Below the pieces are notes generated by a model. That model did no database searches, had not been told where the DNA came from, and was given only the letters and a program-made list of their open reading frames with translations. A DNA stretch of 32,000 bases from NCBI RefSeq assembly GCF_000007145.1, contig NC_003902.1, positions 3,596,497 through 3,628,496 of the forward strand, given 5' to 3'. Below are positions 25,727 to 32,000 of the stretch, in pieces (positions within the stretch are counted from its first letter, which is position 1; every line of letters starts with the position of its first letter). This DNA comes from Xanthomonas campestris pv. campestris str. ATCC 33913. GTDB taxonomy: Bacteria; Pseudomonadota; Gammaproteobacteria; Xanthomonadales; Xanthomonadaceae. The translations under genes were made by a program, and so were the position numbers.

Positions 25727-27189
25727 GCCGGCTCCCCCAGGGTGAGCCGCGTCAATGCGGCGATGTCCAGATGGGCGTGCACGGTATCGGCCAGGCGTTC
25801 GAGTGTCGCTTCGCGCAGGCTGGCCAGATCCAGCGGTGCAGCGTCGGCAAGCCCGGCCCAGGCGAGCAGTGCGGCCAGCGCCGCGGGGTGGTCGAAGATG
25901 CCGTGCAGATAGGTGCCCATGACCTGACCATCCTCGGACACTGCACCGTCACTACGGCCATCGTCCAGCTGCAGCAGCGGCCGCGCCAGCGCCGTACCGG
26001 TGCTGAGGCCGCAATGGATTTCGTAGCCGCTGACCGCTGCGCCACTGGGCAGCAGCCGGCCACCGACGCGGTGCAATTGCTTGTGCGGCTGCAATGCGGT
26101 TTGCAGTGCCAGCCAGCCCAGCCCGGCGCTGCTGCCGGGCGCGCCTTCGATGCCGTGCGGGTCGTGCACCTGTTCGCCCAGCATCTGCAGGCCGCCGCAG
26201 ATGCCGAGCAGCTTGCCGCCGTAGCGCAGATGCCGCGCGATCGCCGCTTCCCAGCCCTGCGCGCGCAGCCAGGCCAGATCCTGGCGGGTGGACTTGCTGC
26301 CCGGCAGCACGATCAGGTCGCACGGCGGTGGTGACTGGCCTGGCCCGATCAGCTGCACGTCCACCTGCGGGTGCGCCAGCAAGGCGTCCAGATCGGTGTG
26401 GTTGCTGATCCGCGGCAACACCGGCACCACCACGCGCAGGCGCGCCTGCGGCTTGTGCACCGGGCCGCGCGGCAACGCATCCTCGGCATCGAGCTGCAGG
26501 CCATGCAGATACGGCAGCACGCCGAGCACCGGCTTGCCGGTTTCGCGCTCCAGCCACTCAAGGCCGGGCTGCAGCAAGGCAAGGTCGCCACGGAAGCGAT
26601 TGATCACGAAACCGGCCACCCGTGCGCGCTCGCTCGGCGACAGCAACGCCAGCGTACCGACCAGATGGGCGAACACGCCGCCGCGGTCGATGTCGGCGAT
26701 CAGGATCACTGCGCAATCCACCGCCTCGGCGTAACCCATATTGGCGATGTCGTGTTCACGCAGGTTGATTTCCGCCGGGCTGCCGGCGCCTTCCACCAGC
26801 AGCACGTCGAAGCGTTCCACCAGCCGCGCGTGCGAGGCCAGCACCGCCGTGCGCGCAGTGCGTTTGTAGGCGTGGTACCCCACCGCATCCAGCGTGGCCA
26901 CCGGATGCCCGTGCACGATGACCTGCGCGCCAGTGTCGCTGTTGGGCTTGAGCAGCACCGGGTTGAAATCGGTGTGCGGCGGCAACCCGCAGGCCTGCGC
27001 CTGCACTGCCTGGGCCCGGCCGATTTCGCCGCCATCCACGGTGACCGCGGAATTGAGCGCCATGTTCTGCGGCTTGAACGGGGCCACCGCAACGCCTTGG
27101 CGATGCAGCCAGCGGCACAGCGCGGCCACCAACGTGCTCTTGCCCGCATCGGAGGTGCAGCCCTGCACCATCAGCACGCGCGCACTCAT
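25714..27189 (-). CDS. cobQ: Cobyric acid synthase (as sequenced, the C-terminal 491 codons of a single 818-codon ORF 25714..28170)
   Basis: Starts at the internal ATG 27189 ([28 protein letters not shown]...), with AGGA upstream. The N-terminal ATP-binding domain is followed by a glutamine amidotransferase domain ([24 protein letters not shown]). See the finding on the cobD-cobQ junction. Confidence 0.9.
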   Translation of the reverse strand: MSARVLMVQGCTSDAGKSTLVAALCRWLHRQGVAVAPFKPQNMALNSAVTVDGGEIGRAQAVQAQACGLPPHTDFNPVLLKPNSDTGAQVIVHGHPVATLDAVGYHAYKRTARTAVLASHARLVERFDVLLVEGAGSPAEINLREHDIANMGYAEAVDCAVILIADIDRGGVFAHLVGTLALLSPSERARVAGFVINRFRGDLALLQPGLEWLERETGKPVLGVLPYLHGLQLDAEDALPRGPVHKPQARLRVVVPVLPRISNHTDLDALLAHPQVDVQLIGPGQSPPPCDLIVLPGSKSTRQDLAWLRAQGWEAAIARHLRYGGKLLGICGGLQMLGEQVHDPHGIEGAPGSSAGLGWLALQTALQPHKQLHRVGGRLLPSGAAVSGYEIHCGLSTGTALARPLLQLDDGRSDGAVSEDGQVMGTYLHGIFDHPAALAALLAWAGLADAAPLDLASLREATLERLADTVHAHLDIAALTRLTLGEPACAN

Positions 27190-28170
27190 GCCTGCAATTC
27201 CTGCAGGGCAGCGGCCAGGCGCGCTTCGCCGGCGGCATCCGGCGGCAGCCCCAAAGCGCAGGCTGGCGGGCGTCTCGAACAGGCGGGTGAGAATGCCGCG
27301 CTGCGCCAGCGCGGTGTGCAGTGCAGGCGCATCGTCGCGGCGGCACCACTGGAAGAACGCCGTGCCGGCGGCTGGCACCAGCCCGTGCGTGGTCAACAGC
27401 GCGGCCAGGCGTTGCGAGGCACCGTGCAGGCGTGCGCGCGCCTGCGCCTGCCAGTGCGTATCCATCAACGCCTGCTGCACGGCCCAGCGCGTGGGGCCGG
27501 CCAGCGTCCATGGCCCGAGCTGCTCGCGCAGCGCCTCCAGCAACGTGGCATGCGCACACACGAATCCGGCACGCGCCCCGGCCATGCCGAAGAACTTGCC
27601 CACCGAGCGCAACACCACCAGCCCGGGCAAGTGGGTGTGTGCGCACAGGCTGTGCTGCGGCGTGGCATCCATGAAGGCTTCGTCCACCACCAGCCAGCCA
27701 CCACGTGCAGCCAGCCGCGCATGCAGCTGCAGCAGTGCGGCGCCGTCGAAGGTGTCGGCGCAGGGATTGTTCGGATGGATCAAGACGATGACGTCGCAGT
27801 GCGCGTCCGCCTGCAACAGCGGCTGTGCCGGCAACGGCAGCACGGTGTGACCGGCGCGCTGCCAGGCCTGTGCGTGCTCCGCGTAGCCCGGTGCCAGCAC
27901 GCCCACGCGGCTGGGTGCGCGCAGCGTCGGCAGTGCCTGGATCGCGGCCTGCGAGCCGGCCACCGGCAGCAGCTGCGGCGCGCCGTAATAGGCGGCGGCA
28001 GATGCGGCCAGGCCATCGTCGTCCTCGGGCAGGCGTTGCCAGTGCTGCGCCGGAATGGCCGGCACCAGCCAGGCGAACGGGCTGATGCCGGTGGACAGAT
28101 CCAGCCAGTGTTCCAGCGCAATGCCGTAGCTCTGCGCAGCGCGGCGCAGGCGTCCACCGTGTTCAAGCAT
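27186..28170 (-). CDS. cobD: L-threonine-O-3-phosphate decarboxylase (aminotransferase class I/II fold). Its 3' end is frame-shifted by one extra G, so the ORF reads through into cobQ
   Basis: ATG 28170 is preceded by GGAG with 6-nt spacing. [27 protein letters not shown] is the CobD-type N-terminus, and [14 protein letters not shown] carries the PLP lysine. The end coordinate 27186 is the TGA reached if one G of the GGGG run (plus-strand CCCC 27249-27252) is removed. In the sequence as given, no stop occurs before 25714. Confidence 0.8.
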
Positions 28171-28308
28171 GCTTGGCTCCAGTCATCCGATGGGAATCGC
28201 AACACGGCTTGCCAGACGCACAACCGATTGTGTGCACTGGCCGGCGCACCGGCGACGTGTAGGACGCATGGCGAAGATGCAATCGCACACCGCGTTGGAA
28301 ATACGCGG

Positions 28309-29220
28309 TCATCGCAGCACCGCCGTTGCCAGGCCCGCCAGCAACAGCCACAGCGCCACACCAGCGCGGACCAGCCAGAGTGCACGCAACACGCTGCCTG
28401 CATCGGCGGCAGCGCCCTCGCCCAGGGACGGGCGGTGTTGCCACTGCCCGTGGTACGGCGCCGGGCCACCCAGTTGCACCTGCAGCGCACCGGCGCCGGC
28501 CGCCATCACCGGGCCGGCGTTGGGGCTCTTCCAGCCGCGCCCTTGCCGCCACGCGCAACGCACACCGGCACGGGTCTGCCCGAGCACGGCGTAGGTGAGC
28601 GCGGTCATGCGCGCCGGCAGCCAGTTGAGCGCATCATCCATGCGCGCGGCCGCCCAGCCGAAGCGCTGATAGCGCGGCGTGCGATAGCCCCACATCGCAT
28701 CCAGGGTGTTGGACAGGCGATACAGCACCGCACCCGGCGCGCCTAGCAGCACGCCCCAGAACAACGCGGCAAACACCGCGTCGCTGCCATTTTCCAGCAC
28801 CGATTCGGTGGCGGCTGCGGCCACTTGCGCCTCATCGAGGGTAGCAGTGTCGCGGCTGACGATGCGCCCCACTGCCGCGCGCGCCGCAGGCAGGTCGCCC
28901 GCGCGCAACGCCTGTGCCACCGGCACCGCATGTTCGCCCAGGCTACGCAGGCCGAGTGCCAGATACAGCGCCACCGCCGCGAATGCCGCGCCGGCCCAGG
29001 CCGACCACCACCACAGCGCGAGTTGCACCAGCGCGGCCACGGCGGCCCACGGCAGCACCGCCACGCACCAGGCCAGCACACCGGCTGCGCGCATGTCGCG
29101 GTGCAGCCGCGCTTCGATGCGCTGCGCCCAGCCGCCGAACAGCACCAGCGGATGCGCGCGCGCGGGTTCGCCCAGCAGCAGATCCAGCAACACCGCGGCG
29201 GTGGCGATCAGCAGCAGCAT
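28309..29220 (-). CDS. cbiB: Adenosylcobinamide-phosphate synthase (membrane protein)
   Basis: ORF 28309..29220. [22 protein letters not shown] is the CbiB/CobD N-terminal signature. Later blocks are [17 protein letters not shown] and LDAMWGYR. Confidence 0.9.
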   Translation of the reverse strand: MLLLIATAAVLLDLLLGEPARAHPLVLFGGWAQRIEARLHRDMRAAGVLAWCVAVLPWAAVAALVQLALWWWSAWAGAAFAAVALYLALGLRSLGEHAVPVAQALRAGDLPAARAAVGRIVSRDTATLDEAQVAAAATESVLENGSDAVFAALFWGVLLGAPGAVLYRLSNTLDAMWGYRTPRYQRFGWAAARMDDALNWLPARMTALTYAVLGQTRAGVRCAWRQGRGWKSPNAGPVMAAGAGALQVQLGGPAPYHGQWQHRPSLGEGAAADAGSVLRALWLVRAGVALWLLLAGLATAVLR

Positions 29221-29242
29221 GATGCGATGGCGTAACAGCGCG

Positions 29243-30541
29243 TCATGGCAGAAACAACGCCATGGCTGCGCCCGGATTGGACGGGAAATAGAAATGCACG
29301 AAGCTCGCCGTCATCCGCCATTGCCGGTACACCGGCTCGGCACTGGGCCCGGTGTTGGGATTGCGCGCATGCACCAAGGGGCTGAGCGCGATGCTGGCGC
29401 GTGCGTAGTGGAAGGTATGCCCACGCAGCGTGCCTTCCGGCAATGCGACCTCCTGCAAGCCCAGCGCCACCGAGCGTGCCTGCAACGCGGCCGTGCCGGG
29501 CAGCAGGCCCGCCATCGATGCGCTGACGCCGTCCTTGCCGGTCAATGCTTCCAGCAGGAACAGCATGCCGCCGCATTCGGCCAGCAGCGGCTTGCCTTGT
29601 GCGCAGTGCGCACGCAATGCCACAGCCAGATCGCGCCGCTGCGACAAGGCCTGCAGATGCAGTTCCGGGTACCCGCCCGGCAACCACACCGCATCGCAGT
29701 CCGGCAGCGCATCACCGGCGATCGGCGAAAAGAACTGCAGGTGCGCGCCGGCTGCCGCCAGCAGTTCCAGATTGGCCGGATACACAAAGCAGAACGCCGC
29801 ATCGCGGGCGATGGCAATGCGCACGCCCTGCAGCACGGGTGCAATCGCTGCGTGAGCGTCCGGCGGCGCGAACTGCAGTGGTGGCGGCAACGCGGTGGAC
29901 GCATGCGCGGCCCAGGCATCGGCCAGCGCGTCCAGGCGCTGCTCCAGGTCGGCCACTTCGGCAGCGGCCACCAGGCCCAGGTGCCGCTCCGGCAACTGCA
30001 ACGCCGGCGCACGCGGCAATGCACCCAGCCACTGCAGCGGAGGCGGCACGCTGTCGCGCAGCAGGCGGGCGTGATGCGCGCTGCCGATGCGATTGGCGGC
30101 CACGCCATACAGCGGCAGATCGTCGCGATAGCGGGCCAGCCCAAGCGCCAACGCGCCGAAGGTTTGCGCCATGGCGGCGCCATCGATCACCGCCAGCACC
30201 GGAATGCCGAAGTGCACGGCCAGATCGGCGCTGGAGGGCGCGCCATCGAACAGCCCCATCACGCCTTCGATCAACAGCAGGTCGGCGTCGCACGCGGCGG
30301 CATGCAGGCGCTGACGGATGTCCGCCTCGCCGGTCATCCACAGATCCAGCTGAAACACCGGCGCGCCGCTGGCGCGTTCGAGCAGCAGTGGGTCGAGAAA
30401 ATCCGGCCCGGTCTTGAACACCCGCACGCGCCGCCCCTGCCGCGTATGCCAGCGCGCCAACGCAGCAGTCACGCTGGTCTTGCCCTGCCCGGAGGCAGGC
30501 GCAGACACCAGTAACGCGGGGCAGTACGCGGGCAGTGTCAC
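29243..30541 (-). CDS. cobB: Cobyrinic acid a,c-diamide synthase
   Basis: ORF 29243..30541 with a GTG start. The N-terminal nucleotide-binding motif is [17 protein letters not shown], and the C-terminal glutamine amidotransferase region carries AECGGMLFL. Length and layout fit CobB/CbiA. Confidence 0.9.
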   Translation of the reverse strand: MTLPAYCPALLVSAPASGQGKTSVTAALARWHTRQGRRVRVFKTGPDFLDPLLLERASGAPVFQLDLWMTGEADIRQRLHAAACDADLLLIEGVMGLFDGAPSSADLAVHFGIPVLAVIDGAAMAQTFGALALGLARYRDDLPLYGVAANRIGSAHHARLLRDSVPPPLQWLGALPRAPALQLPERHLGLVAAAEVADLEQRLDALADAWAAHASTALPPPLQFAPPDAHAAIAPVLQGVRIAIARDAAFCFVYPANLELLAAAGAHLQFFSPIAGDALPDCDAVWLPGGYPELHLQALSQRRDLAVALRAHCAQGKPLLAECGGMLFLLEALTGKDGVSASMAGLLPGTAALQARSVALGLQEVALPEGTLRGHTFHYARASIALSPLVHARNPNTGPSAEPVYRQWRMTASFVHFYFPSNPGAAMALFLP

Positions 30542-30543
30542 GG

Positions 30544-31155
30544 CTATAGCTCGACGCCGAGCTGTGCCTTGATGCCGGCGTTGAAGGCGTGCTTGATCAG
30601 GCGCATTTCGGTGACCGTATCGGCCGCCTCGATCAGGCCGGCCGGCGCGCCGCGCCCGGTGATCACCACGTGCTGGCGTGGCGGCCGTGCAGCGACTGCC
30701 GCCAGCACCTCCTCCAGCGCAACGTACTCCTTAACCAGCGCGATGTTGAGCTCGTCCAACAGCACGAAGTCGTAGCGCGGGTCGGCCAGCATGCCGCGCG
30801 CCAGCTGCCAGGCCGCCTGTGCAGCGACGATGTCGCGTTCGCGGTCCTGGGTTTCCCAGGTAAACCCTTCGCCCATCACGTGATAGTCGAGCAGATCCGG
30901 AAAGCGTCGGAAAAACGCTTCTTCGCCAGTAGAAAATGTGCCCTTGATGAACTGCACCACGCCGCAATACAGCCCGTGGCCCAGCGAGCGCGCCAGCATG
31001 CCGAAGCCGGACGAACTCTTGCCCTTGCCGTTACCGGTATTGACCAGCAACACGCCGCGATCGATCACCGCACGTGCGATGCGCCGGTCCACCAGTTCCT
31101 TCTTGCGTTGCGCGCGTTCGCGGTAATGCGCGTCGTCGTGCTCGGGTGTACTCAT
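30544..31155 (-). CDS. cobO: Cob(I)yrinic acid a,c-diamide / cob(I)alamin adenosyltransferase
   Basis: In-frame ATG 31155 within ORF 30544..31668 (ATGA overlap with the stop of the upstream gene). MSTPEHDDAHYRERAQRKK..., P-loop VNTGNGKGKSSSGFG and LLDELN match CobO/BtuR-type layout at ~200 aa. Confidence 0.9.
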   Translation of the reverse strand: MSTPEHDDAHYRERAQRKKELVDRRIARAVIDRGVLLVNTGNGKGKSSSGFGMLARSLGHGLYCGVVQFIKGTFSTGEEAFFRRFPDLLDYHVMGEGFTWETQDRERDIVAAQAAWQLARGMLADPRYDFVLLDELNIALVKEYVALEEVLAAVAARPPRQHVVITGRGAPAGLIEAADTVTEMRLIKHAFNAGIKAQLGVEL

Positions 31156-31757
31156 GTGCCAACTCCAAGGGTGGAACGCGGTATCGCAGCATGCACGCTT
31201 GCACGTACGGCCAGCACGGCGCCCACATAAGCGGCCAGGCCACCGAGCGCCGGCGGGTAATACTGCGGCACCCGCGCAATGAACCCTGCCAGCGAGGCCT
31301 GCGGGTAGCGCCCGGAAAAGACATAGAACCCGCCCTTCGATAACAGATAGGCCACGCTGCCACTGAGCACCAGCGCCAGCAACAGGCGCGGCAGATCGCG
31401 CCATCCACCACGGTGCAGCCGCATCGCATACACGCGGCCGCCACACCACAACGCCGCGTAGGCCAGCGCCAAGACCCAATACGCCGGCGACACGCACCAA
31501 TCGGAGAGGCTGCCGGCGGCCATGCCGGCCAGGTCCAGCGCCGAGGCCAGCCCGAACAACAGCGGCAGCATCCACACCGGCCGCAATAAGGCGCCGGCCA
31601 GGAAGAACACCGCCCAGGACGCGCTCGGCAAGCCATCCAGACTGGCCACATGCTGGCCGCGCGTGCATACCATCAACGCGGCCAACAGTAGGCCGCCGGC
31701 CCAGGCCGCGGCACCGTGCACAGTGAGCCCGTCACTGCCGCGCCAGGGCAAGCGCAC
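31152..31757 (-). CDS. Small polytopic (about 6 hydrophobic helices) membrane protein of unknown function, co-transcribed with the cob genes
   Basis: Lower part of ORF 31152..31949. The start is tentatively GTG 31757, 5 nt after the stop of the upstream paralog (VRLPWRGSDGLTVHGAAAWAGGLLLAALMV...). Hydrophobic segments alternate with short charged loops. The stop overlaps the cobO ATG. No family is recognised by eye. Confidence 0.5.
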   Translation of the reverse strand: MRLPWRGSDGLTVHGAAAWAGGLLLAALMVCTRGQHVASLDGLPSASWAVFFLAGALLRPVWMLPLLFGLASALDLAGMAAGSLSDWCVSPAYWVLALAYAALWCGGRVYAMRLHRGGWRDLPRLLLALVLSGSVAYLLSKGGFYVFSGRYPQASLAGFIARVPQYYPPALGGLAAYVGAVLAVRASVHAAIPRSTLGVGT

Positions 31758-31762
31758 CGCGC

Positions 31763-32000
31763 TCACGACGGCTCCAGCGCAGATGCACTGGCCGCACTGC
31801 GTCGCGTGGTACGCCAGCGCAACACGCACCACCCCGCTGGCAGCGCCACCGCCAGATACAGTGCAGTGGTGCGCACGAACAGCGGCCCCCACTGCCAGGC
31901 ACGCGCCAGATACTGGCCCCAATGCGGATCGGCATAACGCCCGCCCCACCAGTAGAACGCTGCATTGGAGATCAGAAACGACACGGCCGCAGCCAGCACG
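31763..32000 (-). CDS. C-terminal part of a second small membrane protein, paralogous to 31152..31757 (5' end beyond the window)
   Basis: The frame of ORF 31763..31999 is open to the window edge. ...AAAVSFLISNAAFYWWGGRYADPHWGQYLARAWQWGPLFVRTTALYLAVALPAGW aligns with the C-terminus of the downstream protein (SKGGFYVFSGRYPQASLAGFIARVPQYYPPALGGLAAYVGAVLAV). Confidence 0.45.
   Translation of the reverse strand, partial: VLAAAVSFLISNAAFYWWGGRYADPHWGQYLARAWQWGPLFVRTTALYLAVALPAGWCVLRWRTTRRSAASASALEPS

Noticed and set aside
31152-32000. The two membrane-protein ORFs (frames of 31763..31999 and 31152..31949) read as one gene broken by a frameshift.
   Set aside because: Each reading frame ends shortly after the same C-terminal motif (FY..GGRY/FY..SGRY followed by a final hydrophobic helix). 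They are therefore two complete paralogs in tandem. A GTG start at 31757 lies 5 nt after the first stop.
1-32000. Mobile elements, CRISPR arrays, tRNA/rRNA genes, and toxin-antitoxin or phage-defence modules.
   Set aside because: Scanning both strands by eye found no transposase, integrase or Cas-like ORFs, no regularly spaced repeats, no long terminal inverted repeats and no cloverleaf-like segments. The only compositional dips are short promoter-type spacers. A tRNAscan, Rfam or ISfinder run would be the formal check.

Overview
High-GC, densely coding chromosomal segment that looks like Xanthomonas or a close Xanthomonadaceae relative. This is judged from gene content and composition only; no database search was possible. 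I saw no rRNA, tRNA, CRISPR array, IS or phage genes, and no defence-system-like genes.

Gene content from left to right:
1. Three paralogous TonB-dependent receptors (TBDRs) on the + strand: 1..1377 (5'-partial), 2265..4652 and 4983..7382. A small VOC/glyoxalase-family gene sits after the first.
2. A convergent, stand-alone cytochrome P450 (7485..8678, minus strand).
3. About 1.07 kb with no credible gene (8679..9749).
4. A YbaL/KefB-type CPA2 cation/proton antiporter with a C-terminal RCK domain (9750..11447).
5. A complete NRPS-independent (NIS) siderophore locus with the content and order of the Vibrio vibrioferrin pvs genes and the Xanthomonas xss/xanthoferrin genes: aldolase (mhpE), xsuA, xssABCDE (11640..21943). 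A Fur-box-like palindrome precedes it.
6. A convergent AraC/GyrI-like regulator (21865..22752, minus strand).
7. A long minus-strand cobalamin salvage and nucleotide-loop operon: two small membrane proteins, cobO, cobB/cbiA, cbiB, cobD, cobQ, cobU, cobT, cobC, cobS (22865..>32000). Almost every junction in it is a 4-nt ATGA/GTGA overlap.

I do not see a clearly novel multi-gene system. The observations most worth a second look are:
- a single extra G that fuses cobD to cobQ into one 818-codon ORF;
- a 49-codon ORF exactly filling the only large spacer of the cob operon, start-coupled and stop-coupled to its neighbours;
- two tandem paralogous roughly 6-helix membrane proteins heading the cob operon, which are candidate corrinoid permeases;
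- the repeat-bearing 1.07-kb gene-free region;
- repeat- and palindrome-rich leaders upstream of the second and third TBDR genes.
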